Origin: Psammoneis japonica
Lineage: Eukaryota
Reading direction: 5' to 3'
Assembly: GCA_008632985.1 (NCBI GenBank)
Contig: QPGO01000011.1
Coordinates: forward strand, 124,001 to 188,000
Length of the DNA stretch: 64,000 nucleotides
Shown here: positions 1-13,599 of the stretch, in pieces
Layout: each line of letters opens with the position of its first letter
Numbering within the stretch: the stretch's first letter is position 1
Made by a program: the position numbers and the translations under genes
The notes under the pieces: generated by a model
What the model saw: only the letters and a program-made list of their open reading frames with translations
The model's database searches: none
What the model was told of the DNA's origin: nothing

Positions 1-664
1 ATTGATTGAGCTCATGGACGCAAATAGAATCGGAACGGACGCATCAATGGCTGGTCATGTCAACAACATCGTTGATAGGCAATATGTCGTGATCTGTGAC
101 GAAAGTGGAGTTCCCCTTCGACCCCCCAGTCCACCTCGACCCGGTAGGCCACGTCCGCCACGACAAGTAGGACGATACCTGGTTCCTACTTCGCTCGGAA
201 TAGGCTTAGTGGACCTGTTCGGGAGAAGCAGTGAAAGTGAAATTGCTATGACAGTCGACATGGTGAATGGAGGTTCTCCCGTTCTGCTTACTCGGCCCAG
301 GATTCGGGCTCTGATGGAGGAAGAGGTTCGCACAATTGCCACTGGAAAACTCGACAAGAACGAATGTCTGGATAAGAATCTTGCTTGGTTTGAAGCACGC
401 TACCATGAATTCGAATCATTGCTTACACGTCGTCGACTCGAGCTCTTCTCAAAGTCTCTTGAGCCGGTAAAGTCAAGCCTCAGCTACTGGAGGCAGATGA
501 ATGTGTTTGAGCCAGTTCCGCAAACGCAACAAAAGAGAAGCGGTTCCAAGCATAGGGCCACGCACAAAGCGCCAAGGCGCAGAACGGCAAAGCACGGCCC
601 ACCAAGGCGTATCAGGGACACTACTAGATCAGCGAAAGCCACAACCCGACGTGGTTCCAGATGA
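1..664 (+). CDS. TOP3B: DNA topoisomerase III beta-like (type IA), 3' part; 5' end lies outside the window
   Basis: LIELMDANRIGTDASMAGHVNNIVDRQYV...LVPTSLGIGLV...RPRIRALMEEEV resembles the GIGTDAS-x3-HINNI and LxPTxLG motifs of TOP3B; basic C-terminal tail. Confidence 0.8.
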   Translation, partial: LIELMDANRIGTDASMAGHVNNIVDRQYVVICDESGVPLRPPSPPRPGRPRPPRQVGRYLVPTSLGIGLVDLFGRSSESEIAMTVDMVNGGSPVLLTRPRIRALMEEEVRTIATGKLDKNECLDKNLAWFEARYHEFESLLTRRRLELFSKSLEPVKSSLSYWRQMNVFEPVPQTQQKRSGSKHRATHKAPRRRTAKHGPPRRIRDTTRSAKATTRRGSR

Positions 665-1364
665 GAATAGCTTCAGAGTGCTTGAAGGGAAGATACTGTA
701 AGTTTGAAATTTTCTTTGCTGCAGCTCGGTTGAAGTGAGAATCAGTGTTGATGGTCGGGAAAAAAGCATTACCGATTGCCGTTGCGAATCTCAATTGTCG
801 CTTGAATTGCTTGGCATAATTCAACCCGGTCTCGCACTTCTCCACTTATCTTTCTACCTTCGCTGCACTCATATTGCTTCGATGCACGGTCATTGCTCAT
901 AAGTCCGCATTAAGAAGTATCTCTACTCTAGAGACAGGAGACAGATAGTTCAAGGTCGTGAGTTACTACTCGAGCAATCATAGCTCTAGTAGAGTAGAGG
1001 TTATTGTTTTGAGTAGCCCGGATCGTTACAAACGTTACACTGCCCATTTCTTATCATGTAAAAATACAGTAACACGAGTTTTTGTCAGGGGTTTGTCGAT
1101 ATCTGTGACACTTCAACCACGAGCTCTTTCACGTACCGTAGAAGAGTACTGGAATCTACACGTTCATCGCACTGCCGCCATGCCGATTTCGAATTTGTAT
1201 GAGTCAGCAGTTTCCTTACAGGTACAATCAGTACAATGGAGCTCCATCTGAGTAAGACGTGCTGAGGAAGGCGCCGACTGATCGCGAGGCGCCCTTGTTC
1301 AGATTCATTATGCTGGAAAGAGCTCATCATAGTTACGACGGTAGCAGTATCTGCAAGCTGCATT

Positions 1365-2228
1365 ATGTCAGTCGTTTGGAGTTGCTTCATTTTCGTCCTG
1401 GTGGCCTCGTCGCGGGCTACGCAAGGCTTCGTGGCTCCACCTCAAAACTCAAGAGGCTTTCACACCAGCACTCCTATGAATATGGTAGCAACGGAAGTCA
1501 GCGCGGAAGTTAATCCTCGGATGGAAGGTCTCGCCCTTATGTTGGATGATGGGACACGGAAGTCACATAGCGTTGCGGAAAATACTGCGTTTGTCTCCGG
1601 ATTCTTTCGTGGGCTGTCAACCAAGGAAGCTTATCGAAACCTTCTTCAATCACTCTACTTTGTGTACTCAGCAATGGAAGAATCTTTTGACCTAACATCT
1701 GACAAACGCGTGGAGATCCTTGATGATCCAGCATTGCGCCGCTTGTCAGCGTTGAAAGAGGACATGGAATACTTCTATGGCAATGGCTGGAAAGAGAAAG
1801 TTAAAGCGTCACCAGCTACCAAGGCATACGTTGCCCGTATTCGAAAGGTGGCAGAATCAAAGCCGTATCTGCTGATTGGACATCAGTATTCGCGCTATCT
1901 GGGTGACTTGTTTGGCGGACAGATGATGGGGGGCATGGCTCAACGAAGCTTGAACTTGGATGGGAATAAAGGTGTTGCATTCTATCAGTTCAATGATATT
2001 TCAAACACGAAAGATTACATTACAAACTGGTACTCGAGATTGAATGCGCTAGATTTGACGGAAGATCAGAGGCAAGAAATTGTTGATGAGGCGAACTTTG
2101 TCTTTGCGCTAAACATCGCAATTTTTGATGAGCTGGAGGGCTCACCATTGAAGGCTATTTTGACTCTTGCATGGAATTCGTTCAAGCACAAAGTTAGTGC
2201 AGCATCAAGTGCAGGATCGAAGCAATAA
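1365..2228 (+). CDS. Plastid-targeted heme oxygenase (HO1/PbsA-like), intact
   Basis: Signal peptide plus TQG-FVAP transit motif; GTRKSHSVAENTAFV, LIGHQYSRYLGDLFGGQ, IVDEANFVFALN motifs; normal Tyr/TpA content. Confidence 0.93.
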   Translation: MSVVWSCFIFVLVASSRATQGFVAPPQNSRGFHTSTPMNMVATEVSAEVNPRMEGLALMLDDGTRKSHSVAENTAFVSGFFRGLSTKEAYRNLLQSLYFVYSAMEESFDLTSDKRVEILDDPALRRLSALKEDMEYFYGNGWKEKVKASPATKAYVARIRKVAESKPYLLIGHQYSRYLGDLFGGQMMGGMAQRSLNLDGNKGVAFYQFNDISNTKDYITNWYSRLNALDLTEDQRQEIVDEANFVFALNIAIFDELEGSPLKAILTLAWNSFKHKVSAASSAGSKQ

Positions 2229-3334
2229 ATTGTCGAACCAGACCGTACCATGGGTTGCCGGAAATGGTGTGTCTATCATTGGTGCAGAGAAAAAGCAGTA
2301 GGCTGCAGTCAGTACTATACGCATCGATGTAAATAGTTCAACTCATGTCTCTATGCGTCTAATGACAAGAATCTAAAGGGAAAAGAGAGAATGTTTGAAG
2401 CCGTCGCCTGGAGATCGTGCGTGTTTATTTACTGAGTGTTTTCCGAATCTCGACGAAGGACTTTTTTGAAGGAGGGCAATTGAGAATGTCCGAGGATCTG
2501 ATTGCGATGACTGCATGACACAGCATGATGACCCACCGACTGACTCACACACTTTTCCCCGCCTCATGGATCTGTCCTAGCTAGAATGTTCTCTACTTTC
2601 GCGGATGTCGCCCGATGCAGCAGCAACTATGAATTACGATTGTCTGTGTTCCCGAAACCCTTTTGTCCGTCATCGATTGCCTTCGCCAAAATCAAAAGTG
2701 CATCAGAAAGCTTCTGAGTTCTGTCGGAGAGGTCCACACATCGATTGTTGCTCTCTTCTTTTTGGCTGGAGTCATTCTCCGTGCGTTGTTGTGTTGTGTT
2801 TTTGGCGGTGTGTTTGTCTTGAGAAAAATTGTGACCTGGGGCTTCTGCCAACAGTTCTTCCAGATGGGCTGCCAGGGACTGCTCATTGACGGCACCGCAG
2901 CTTGATTTTCTGCTCAAAATCATGATGTCGCCATCCACCTTCCAAAGCATTTCTCCCATCTTTGGCATTTTGCATTTGAGTGATGGGGCTTTCTGAATGT
3001 GAAAGGGGACCAACTTGCGCCTTGAGGCATTTGTGAGTGATCAGGTCAAGAGGCACAAGACCATGCTTCCCTTTTGTTTGCAATGTCGACTCGTCTCCCA
3101 CAGCTGGCGCCGTGTGCAAGATGTGCTCTAAGTCTTGAGAACATGTGCGCGAAACTTGGTCATTTCGACATGCTCCCATTGCGGTGTCACCCAGATTCAA
3201 AAGAAGCAGATGAAGGGGTGTCCGGCTGTCAACATTTCCTGTGCAGAAAACAGCTGCGGAAAGTCTTGCATCATGGAAACAATGAGGTCCACCCATTCAA
3301 CAAAGATGGGCCCTCCAAGGTTGCCGACAAGCAC
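1790..3334 (+). repeat. Left copy of duplicated host segment (partner 32336-34498), with the DUF2237 gene deleted at ~2568
   Basis: 1790-2567 aligns to 32336-33069; 2570-3334 aligns to 33735-34498. Confidence 0.92.
2627..3334 (-). pseudogene. TpA-hypermutated copy of the 3' end of the ankyrin-repeat gene
   Basis: DSRTPLHLLLLNLGDTAMGA...DDGQKGFGNTDNRNS matches 33788-34498 with Tyr->His/Cys changes and frameshifts. Confidence 0.93.
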
Positions 3335-4094
3335 TCTCGGAAGCAGCTGAAGAGTGCAAGCCAACAAGAATTGTCAGCTTTGCAATTGAGAGCAAGTGAG
3401 CATTGAGCACAATTTGTGGGGGCATCGTGTCTCCACTGTTGCTCTAGAGCAAACAGCAAATGGTGTTGATTTGGCTGACACAGCCAAAGTGTGCGCGCAC
3501 CTTGACAATCTGTTGCGCTGCATTCTGAGATTGTGAAATGAAAAGAAGTGCTTTCATTTGCATTGCTCTGTCACAACAGAAATGTGCAAGCTTTCCCTGG
3601 CCTTTTGGAGCAATCAGGCAAGTGAAAGAGGGGCTGTTGAATGACGCGGATGACACCATTTTGATGCATTGTCATCTGGCCAGTGGCGTTGTTGTCATTC
3701 GTTACAAAGTGCCGTGCTTTCTGGTTTCATGCTGCATTTGTGCAGGAATGCATGTGCATCAGAGCACGCATCACAGTGGTTGACCCCGCCTTTTTGATGG
3801 CAATTTTTGCTCCTTTTGCAGACAAAACATTTGTGGTTTCAAACCTCATCAATTGTGCAGCTGGCAATGAGTGGTTGCCTGTGAAAGACAAATGATTTCC
3901 ACCAGGAAGTCCTGCTCTCAACTGTGAAAAATCACCTGTGCCATCAAACATCCTCCCCTGCATCCTGTCAATGCATGAGACCTCTTTCACTGCAGAAACT
4001 GACAATCAACAACATTTCAACATTTCAGTTTTTGCATCACATGCTGAAATTGACTTAAAATGCATTCTGTGCATTGACTCTTGTTCCGCGTTCC

Positions 4095-5400
4095 TCAATG
4101 AACTGTGAACATTGCTTTTGCTTGTGCACATGGTGCATCAATGAACGCTGCATTGATGCTCTGTTGTCTGGTGTTTTTTAAGTTGCAGCAGGCCTGCACT
4201 GCAATTGGCTCATGTTCTTTGTTGTTGTTGTCTTCTTCACTGTCTTTGTCTTCTTCCTCGTTGCCTCTGTTGCTTGGTTTGTCCATTTTCTCTTCATTGT
4301 CCTCATCGTCACTAGAAAGCTCTGTTGTTGCTTGCTTTTTCATCTGTCTCCTCCAGCTTTTCAGTGGTTTGGCCCTTTTTTTCCTTTTCCTTCACTCTCC
4401 TTTTTCTTTCTGTTGGTGTGCCATGTGTTGATCTGCACACCCGGCTCACTTGCCCTGTCATCCTTCACCTCCCCAAGCAGGGCAGCAAATTGCTTCATTC
4501 CACCATCCTTCCAAGAGTCACGCTGATGTCACGGGTCTGTGTGCAAGGGCACCGGTTTTGTTTCCTTCTCCTCCTCTTTGCTCTCTCCTTCCTTTCCCTC
4601 TGGCTTGGATTTGTGCTCCCAAACCCCAGCAATTTTCCAACACCAACAGTGCCAGTGCCTCATTGCTTGCCATGGCCAGCTCCGTGACCTTTGTGTTGCC
4701 CGACTCTGCCATCCTTCTCCACATGGAATGCACGACTGTTTTGAAAACAAATTTTGCAGCATGAAGGTCCTGTGCTCCATTGTCAATCAGAGATTTGAGA
4801 TTTTTGCACTTTGTAAAATTGAAACAAGGCTTGCCGGAGACAGGGTTGTTGAGGTCCTCACCGGCAATGATCTGATGCACGAACTCAACCATCACCTGCA
4901 TGTTGCGGTGCAGGTCACGGCAGTGCTCCTCCTCTTTTTTTGTCTCTCCTGGAAGAGCATCCTGCTCCAAATTGAGGTGGCAAAGAATGCACTCCCTTTG
5001 TTCTGGCGGGACTTCTTCATCAACCAACCGCGAGTCATTGTGCAGGACCAAACATTGGGACATCTGAGAGTTTTCACAACAACATTGTTTGTGTGGATGA
5101 CTTCAGCAACACAGGGAATGCAACAAAGCTTCAGCTTGTGGCAAAGAAAGGGAAGTGCAAGGATTTCTGGGGGGGGCGACCAATTCGTTCTCTCCACAAA
5201 CTCCCATTTGGATGCACGCATTGCAATCATGCTCCTGAGCTTGGGCCCAAACAGCTCCATTCTGAAGCCATTGGTGAAATGTTCTGTGTTGTCAAAATTG
5301 ACATCATCAGGAAAGACAAAGGAGGGGTCAGGGTTGGCCTCCTCCACTGACTCCAATGGCCATTTGTCTGTTGGCGGAACATGCAGAAAGTGCACGAATC
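4095..5400 (-). pseudogene. Decayed gene of unknown family, paralogous to 19669-20987
   Basis: VTELAMASNEALALLVLENCW...PLHTDP*HQRDSWKDGGMKQFAALLGEVKDDRAS plus acidic/lysine-rich tail; partial copy at ~22330-22950. Confidence 0.6.
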
Positions 5401-7196
5401 ACAACAGTGCACGCTGTGGTCAAATTGACTTTGGGGAGACAGTGTGCTGTTGTGAAAAGTGCAGGAAATGGCACATGCAGGAAAAACACTGAGAACACAG
5501 CAGAGAAACCAGCACAGAGTTCCAGAAACAAGTGTGGTGTGACAATGTGCACACACGTGGAGGTGACTGGGCCGACAGACAGCTGCATGTGCTGCGACAC
5601 ATGATGGGGTGAAAACAAAAAAGCACAAACAAATTAGAAAGCCCATTGTCAAAGGCATGGAGCATGGGTTGTCACGACCCAAAACCCAAAGCATTGGTCA
5701 CAAAACATTTGCAAATGTGAGTTGCTTGAGCATGAGTCATCAACACAAATGGGCAAAAAAATCCTCATGAAAAGGTCAAACACCATGCATTGTGAAAACA
5801 ACGTTCAAGTGTTGGCATCACAATCAAAAGAGCAATGCAAACAAAATGCAATGAGATGACAAAAACCAATGAAAGTGATTGCCACCACATTGCAGGCTCT
5901 GATGTGCTTGGCCCTTGGGCAGTTTCTGCATGAAAAGCATGCCAGGCAATCTCTGGACCACCACCTCAAAGGGCAAATGGCTCCAAACAAAGCTTTGACA
6001 AAGAAACTTTGCAGTTGTTGTTGGTTTTGCAGTGACAGTGCTCGGATTCAAAATTTTCCTTTTTTGGGTTCAAACTTTCAATTTCAACCAACTTTGGGTT
6101 TTAAATTTGAATTTTGAACCCAATTGGGTCCAAAATTGCAGCTTTTCACCCACCCCCAAAAAAGGGAGGCGCGCACCTCTCATGAGGTGGCAGGTGACCT
6201 GCGCACATTTCCTGTCAGCTTCAACTGCACTTGAGCAGGTGTGCCAGAGTTCTTGGCCCACTCAATTTCTGCGTGGCCTGGAACAAACCAAATCCATGCA
6301 GATTTGGCACATTTTGCCCTGCAGAACAGTTTTTGGGAGTGTTTTTCTGGGTCGCAACACAAAATGACACGCAAAATGACACAGACATTGGCATTTTGCC
6401 AATTTCAAAAATGCGGTTGTTTCTGAGGTGCTTTGCAGTGTGCTCTCAATGGAGTGTTGCACATTGTGACACAAGGCACACAATGAACTTGCAAGTGCAC
6501 AGGCTCACATGGGTGGCTGATGGCAAAAAATCACAGCGAAGGTTTGCATTGACAACATCACTTCTGTTGCATTGCAACTGACCTCATGCACTGCCATTCA
6601 TGCTGTGTGTGTTTTTGCTGAGGCTTTGTGTGTTCACAGCTGTTTGACTTGCGTGTTCTGCAGGCTTTGCATTGTTGTGAGGCATCCCAAAGGCACTTTT
6701 TCTCAACCAGCACATCATGGTGGCTCCAATGGCACAGATCACTTCTTTTGGCTGTGCAGCAGTTTGCAACCCCAAAAAATGTGACTTGTTTGCCCCATTT
6801 GTTGGTGAGCCAATGCAACAAATTAAGAGCATGAAGGACAAGACAGATGCGCAGTTGTGTCAAGTCTCAGAAGCAGCTCAAGAGTCAAGCCAACAAGAGC
6901 TGCCAGCTTTGTAATTTAGCAAGTGAGCACTGAGTGTGGTTCATGGGGGCATCATGTCTCCATCATTGTCCTGGAGCAAGCAGCAAATGGCATTGATTTG
7001 ACTGACACAGCCAGTGTGCACACGCACCTCAACAATCTGTTGTGCTGCATTCTGAGATTGTGGAATGAAAAGAAGCACTTGCATTTGCATCGCTCTGTCA
7101 CAACAGAAATGCACAAGCAATCAGGCAAGTGAAAGAGGAGCCATTGAAAGATGCAAATGATGCCATTCTGGTGCATTGTCATCTGGCAGTGTCGTC

Positions 7197-7550
7197 GACG
7201 GGTTCCAGCCCCAGGTGGGACTCCATGTGACATTGGGCCTGCAGAGTTCTGCGTGCAAGCTCCACAGCAAATTTGTGCTGCAATGAAAATGCAAATGATC
7301 GAAAACAGAAAAAGAGGCAATTTTACGAACGTGTCTCCTCCTTCACACTTGGAGCACATCATCAACAGTTTGCCCGGGTGTGCTCTGCAGACATTCAAAA
7401 CACACCCAGCACATTTTCATTCTCATGAATGTTGAAAACAGAAAGCCTTTGGCTTCACAAAACAGGGAGCATGAAACAATTTCGTAGAACGCAACACGCA
7501 GAAAAGTGCGTGCACAACATGCGACGCGATCCAAAAACTGTTGATGTCAG
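7197..7550 (+). mobile_element. MITE-A, 3'-truncated copy
   Basis: Starts GACGGGTTCCAGCCCCAGGTGGGA; internal sequence matches 23156-23551. Confidence 0.7.
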
Positions 7551-7840
7551 TGCATGCTTGGCTCTTCCAAATGGCTTCAAACAAAGCTTTGACAAAGAAA
7601 CTCAGCAATTGTTGTTGGCATCACAGCGCCGGTGTTCAAGTTTGAATTATTTCCTTTTTGGGGTTCAAACTTTCAATTTTGACCCACTTGGGTTTTAAAT
7701 TTGGATTTTTAGCCCAAATGGGTCCAAAATTGCAGTTTTTGACACACCCCAAAAAAGGGAGGCACACGCTTCTCACAAGGTGAGTTTTTTCTAGCCCTTT
7801 CAGAGCAACCAGGTGAGCAAAAGAGGACAACGCCATTTTT

Positions 7841-8367
7841 GACGTGTTCCAGCCGTGCGTGAACCAAATCGTGCACAAAAACGACATTTGCGATCGAACT
7901 TTCACCACCAAAAGTGTAGATTTGCACAAATGCAAATGTTTTGCAACACTGACAAGACTCGTGTGAGTGTTGCAATGTCATTGTTGTTGTGCCATCCATG
8001 TTTTTCATTGCGTCAAAAGATTTGCAACACAACGGATGATTTTCGGCAAAAACATTGCCGTCATTTGGACGTCACCTGAGTGTGTCTTTCCACGATGATG
8101 CTTGGCAGGTTTTCTGCCTGCAAAGAAATCTCAGTGCAAATCTGCTGACTTGCAATCAGCATTGAGTCACTGAGGAAGTTTGTGACACATGTCCCATGAG
8201 GATTTGAGTGCCACTCAAAAAACTGTTTAAGTGCTCACACTCTAGAAGCCTGTGAAAGTCAATCCATCCAAGCATTTTTGTTAAAATGCTCTGTGCACTA
8301 AAACACACACAAATTGTGTTCAAAATCCGATTGTCATTTTGTGCATCACCTGGGACTGGAACACGTC
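7841..8367 (+). mobile_element. MITE-B (527 bp)
   Basis: Perfect 12-bp TIR GACGTGTTCCAG/CTGGAACACGTC, inserted in the T-run of GCCATTTTGGCAC, which is uninterrupted in other units. Confidence 0.85.
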
Positions 8368-9830
8368 TTTTTGGCACATTGTCATCTGGTGGTGTCATCG
8401 TCATTCCTGACAATGAAATGCCATTCTTTCTGGTTTCATGCTGCATCCTTGCGGGAATGTGCATGCTTGGCTCTTGGACAGTTTCTGCTCAAAAAGCACA
8501 CCAGGCGATCTCTGGACCACCCTCTTGAAGGTCAAACAGCTCCAAACAAAGCTTTGAAAAAGAAACTCGGCAACTGTTGTCAGCTTTGCAGTGTTGGTGT
8601 TTGGGTTCAAAATTTTTCCTTTTTTGGGTTCAAACTTTCAACCTTGACTGACTTGGGTTTTAAATTTGGATTTTGAGCCCAACTGGGTCAAAATTGCAGT
8701 TTTCAACCCGCCCCCAAAAAGGGAGGCATGCGCTTCTCATGAGGCGGCAGGCGACCTGTGCACATTTCCCACCAGCTTGAATTGCACTCAAGTGGATGTG
8801 CCACAGTTCTCAGCCTGCACCTTTCCTGCATGGCCTGGCACAACCCAAATCTGTGCAGATTCATTGCACTTTGCCCTGCAGAACAGTTTTTGGGAGTGTT
8901 TTCTGGGTCGCGACACCATTCATGTGGTGTGTTTTGTTGAGGCTTTGCATGTTCACAACCAGTTTTTGGCCCGTTCATTTTCTGCGTGGCCTGGCACAAC
9001 CCAAATCCATGCAGATTTGGCACATTTTGCCCTGCAGAACAGTTTTTGGGGGAGTGTTTTCTGGGTCGCGACACAAAATGACATGCAAAATGACATGGAC
9101 AATGGCGTTTTGCTGACTTTAAAAATGCAGTTGTTTCTGAGGTGCTTTGCAGTGTGCTCTCTGTGGAGTGTGCACATTGTGGCACAAGGCATGCAATGAG
9201 CTCAAGAGCGCTGCAAAGGCTCACAAGGGTGGCTGATTGTGAAAAATCATGTCAAAGGTTCGCGTTCACAATGTTGCTTCTGTTGCATTGCGACTGACCT
9301 CATGCACTGCCATTCATGTTTTGTTTTGCTGAGGCTTTGTGTGTTCACAACCATTTGACTTGCACGTGCTTTCTCTTTCTGCGTTGCGCTTTTGTTCTGC
9401 AGGCTTTGCATTGTTGTGAGGTGTCCCAGAGAGACACTTTTTCTCAACCAGCACATCATGGCAGCTCCAATGGATCAGACCACTTCTTTTGGCTGTGCAG
9501 CCGCTTGTGCCCCAACAAAAATGTGACTTGTTTGGCCCATTTGTTTGTGAGCCAATGCAACAAATTTAGAGCATGAAGGACAAGACAGATGCACAGTTTG
9601 TCAAGTCTCAGAAGCAGCTCAAGAGTGCAAGCCAACAAGAGCTGCCAGCTTTGTAATTTGGCAAGTGAGCATTGAGTGTGGTTCATGGGGGCATCATGTC
9701 TCCATTGTTGTCCTGGAGCAAGCAGCAAATTGATTTGATTTGACTGATGCAGCCAGTGTGCACACATGCCTTGACAATCTGTTGCACTGCATTCTGAGAT
9801 TGTAGAATGAAAAGGAGCACTTGCACTTGC

Positions 9831-10219
9831 GACACGTTCCAGCTCAGGTGGGACCTCGTGCCACTGAACTGTGACATCAACAGTTTTTTGGATTGCATCG
9901 TGTGTCGTGCACATGCATTTCCACGTGTGATGTTCTACAAATTGTTCATCTCCTGTTTGCAAGCCAAGGCTTTCCATTTTCAACATTTGTGAGAATGAAA
10001 ATGCACTGGGTGTGTTCTTTGATGTCTGAAGAACACACCCGGGCAAACTGTCAATGATGTGCTCCAAGTGTGAAGGAGGAGACACGTTCACAAAATTGCC
10101 TCTTGTTCTGTTGGCGATCATTTGTGTTTTCATTGCAGCACAAATTTGCTGCGGAGCTCGCACGCAGAATTCTGCGGGCCCAATGTCACACGGAGTCCCA
10201 CCTGGGAATGGAGCCCATC
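9831..10219 (-). mobile_element. MITE-A, inverted copy
   Basis: Reverse complement of 23156-23551; flanks TTGC/TTGT. Confidence 0.8.
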
Positions 10220-13200
10220 TTGTGCATCACTCTGCAACAACAGAAATGCAGGAACTTTCTCTGGCCCTTTTGGGGTGATTGGGCAAGTGAACGAGGAGCC
10301 ATTGAAAGATGCGGATGATGCCATTTTGGTGCATTGTCATCTGGCAGTGTTGTTGTCATTCATGACGAAGAGCCGCGCTTTCTTGCTTTGTGCTGCATCT
10401 GTGTGGGAATGTGCATGCTTGGCTCTTGGGCTGTTTCTGTGCAAAAAGTGCACCAGGCAATCTCTGATCCACCCTCTCAAAGGCCAAATGGCTCCAAACA
10501 AAGCTTTGACAAAGAAGCTCAGCAATTGTTGTTGGTTTTGCAGTGCCGGTGTTTGGGTTCATTTTTTTTCCCTTTTTTGGATTCAAACTTTCAACCTTGA
10601 CCAGCTCAGGTTTTCAACTTGGATTTTGAACCCGATTGGGTCCAAAATTGCAATTTTCGGCCCACCCCATAAAAAGGGAGGCATGCGCTTCTCACAAGGT
10701 GAGCTTTTCCTGGCCTTTTTAGAGCAGTCAAGTGAGCAAAAGAGGAGCTTTCAAAAGATGCAGAAAATGCAATTTTGGCACATTGTCGTCTGGTGATGTC
10801 ATCATCATTCGTGACGATGAAGTGTTGTTCTTTCTGGTTTTGTGCTGCGTCCTTGCAGGAATGTGCGTGCTTGGATCTTGTGTGGTTTCTGCACAAAAAG
10901 CACACCAGGCAATCTCTGGACCACCCTCTTGAAGGTCAAACAGCTCCAAACAAAGCTTTGACAAAGAAGCTTGGCAATTGTTGTCAACTTTGCAGCGTTG
11001 GTGTTTGGGCTCAAAATTTTCCTTTTTTGGGTTCAAACTTTCAACTTTGACCAATGTGGGTTTTAAATTTGGATTTTGGCCCCAATTGGGTTCAAAGCTG
11101 CAATTTTTGACCCACCCCAAGAAAGGGAGGCACACGCATCTCACGAGGTGGCAGGGAATCTGCGCACATTTCCCATCAGCTTGAGCTGCACTTGAGTGGG
11201 CGCGCCACAGTTCTTGGCTCACTTGTTTTCTGTGTGGCCTGGTGCAACCCAAATCTGTGCAGCTCAGCACATTTTGCCCTGCAAAACAGTTTTTAGAGTG
11301 CTTTCTGGGTTGCAATGCAAAACAACATGCAAAACATGGACAATGGTGTTTTGCCAACTTTTAAAATGCTGTTGTTTCTGAGGCACTTTGTGGTGTGCTC
11401 TCAATGGAACATCACACACCATGGCACATGGCATGTGACAAGCTCAGGAGCACACAGGCCCACATGGGTGGCTGATGATGAAAAAGCATGTTGAAGGCTC
11501 ACATTGACAATTGACAACATTGTTGTTTTTGTTGCATTGCAACCGACCTCATGCACCGCCATTCATGCCACGTGTCACTTCTGTTGTGTTGCAACCAACC
11601 TTGTGCATTGCCATTCATGCTGTGTGTTTTGCAGAGGCTTTGCATGTTTGGAGCCATTTGACTTGCATGTGCTTTCCCTTTCTGCATTGCCCCTTTGTTC
11701 TGCAGGCTCTGCATTGTCGCAAGGCATTCCAGAGACACTTTCTCTCATCAAGAATGTAGTTTCTGCAGTGCAATGGCCACGACAATTCAAAACAAGGCGA
11801 GCACAGATGCAGCATCAGGAACAGTTCACAACAAATGCAGCAACTTGGCGTCATGATGTCTTGAGCTGAACAAGCTCTCAAGCACTCAAACACATCATCG
11901 CACAGTTTTGACAACAGCTCTCCCCGCCTCCACGTGGTGATGCAGAGTTTGACTCAGCAGACCAGTGCATCATGGCAGCTCCCAATGACCCAGATTGCTT
12001 CTTTTGGCTGTGCAGCAGCTCACAACCCAGAAATGGGTGACTCATTTGCCGCATTTGTCAGCAAGCCAAGCAACAAATTTAGAGAGCGAAGGATGAGGCA
12101 GATGTGCAGTTGTTTCAAGTCTCACAAGCAGATCAAGAGTGCAAGCCAACAAGAGTCATCAGCAGCTTTGCAATTTGGCAAGTGAGCATTGAATGCAGTT
12201 GGTGGAGGTGTCACGTCTCCATTGTTGTTCTGGAGCAAACAGCAAATGGCATTGATTTGGCTGACACAGCAACCATGCGTGCGCGCCTTGACAATCTGTT
12301 GCAATGCATTTTGAGTTTGTGGAATGAAAAGAGGCACTTGCACTTGCACTGCTCTGTCACAACAACCAAAATGAGTGGGCTTTCCCCAGCCCTCATGGGG
12401 CAATCAGGCAAGTGAAAGAGGAGCTGTGAAAGATGCGGACGATGCCATTTTGATGCAGCATCATCTGGTGGCATCATTGTTGTCATTTGTGATGAAGCAC
12501 GATGCTTTCTGGTTTTATGCTGATTCTGTGTGGGAATCTGCATGCTTGGTTCCTGGGCAGTTTCTGCACAAAAAGTGTGCCAGGTGATCTCTGGACTGCC
12601 CTCTTGAAGGTTGAGTGGCACCTGACAAAACTTTCACAAGAAACTTGGCAGTTGTTGTTGACTTCGCAGCGTCAGTGCTCGGTTTCAATTTTTCCTTTTT
12701 TTGGGTTCAAACTTTCAATTTTGACCAACTTGGGTTTTAAACTTGAATTTTAAACCCAACTGGTTCCAAAATTGCAATTTTCGACCCACCCCAAAAAAGG
12801 GAGGCACGCGCTTCTCACGAGGCAGCAGGCAACCCACGTGCATTTCCTGTCAGCTTGAGCTGTGCTCAAGTGGGCGCACCACAGTTGTTGGCCCGCTCAT
12901 TTTCTGTGTGGTCTGGTGCAACCCAAATCTGTGTGGAATGAGTGCATTTTGCCCTGCAGAACAGTTTTTGAGAGTGTTTTCTGGGTCGCGATGCAAAATG
13001 ACACGCAAAATGACACGGACAATGGCGTTTTGCTGATTTCAAAAATGTGGTTGTTTCTGAGGCACTGTGCAGTGTGCTCTCAACATGTGACGAGCTCAAG
13101 AGCACACAGGTTCACATGGACAGCTGATGGTGAAAAATCATGTTGAAGGCTTGCATTGACAGCATTGCTTCTGTTGCATTGCAACCAACCTCATGTGCCG

Positions 13201-13599
13201 CCATTCATGTGGTGTGTTTTGTTGAGTCTTTGCATGTTCACAGCCATTTGACTTGCATGTGCTTTTCCTTTCTGCATTGCTCTTTTGTTCTGCGGGCTCT
13301 GTGTTATCGCAAGGCATCCCAGAGACACTTTTTCTCATCAAGAATGTCTTTTCTGCAGTGCGACCATCAGAGTGCACGATGTGGCAATGTCTGCACACAT
13401 GACAAAAACACATTGCTGTGTTGTAAAATCTGCTTGTCCACACATGACAGTCTTTGTCATTCAGTCAATCATTGATCTCCTGCTGCTCTTCATGTTTGAG
13501 CACAGATGTTTTTTAATTTTTGTGCTCTGCCTTTTTCACAACAACTGACGATCTTTAACGGCAAGCCAAACATTGCAATTGCATGCAATGAAATTTTCA

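Larger units (their letters stand above)
3335..13360 (+). repeat. Left arm: rearranged array of a ~1.3-1.7-kb modular repeat
   Basis: Marker GGGTTCAAACTTTCAA...CCCCAAAAAAGGGAGGC at ~6066, 7661, 8626, 10579, 11029, 12703, all in the same orientation. Confidence 0.88.
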
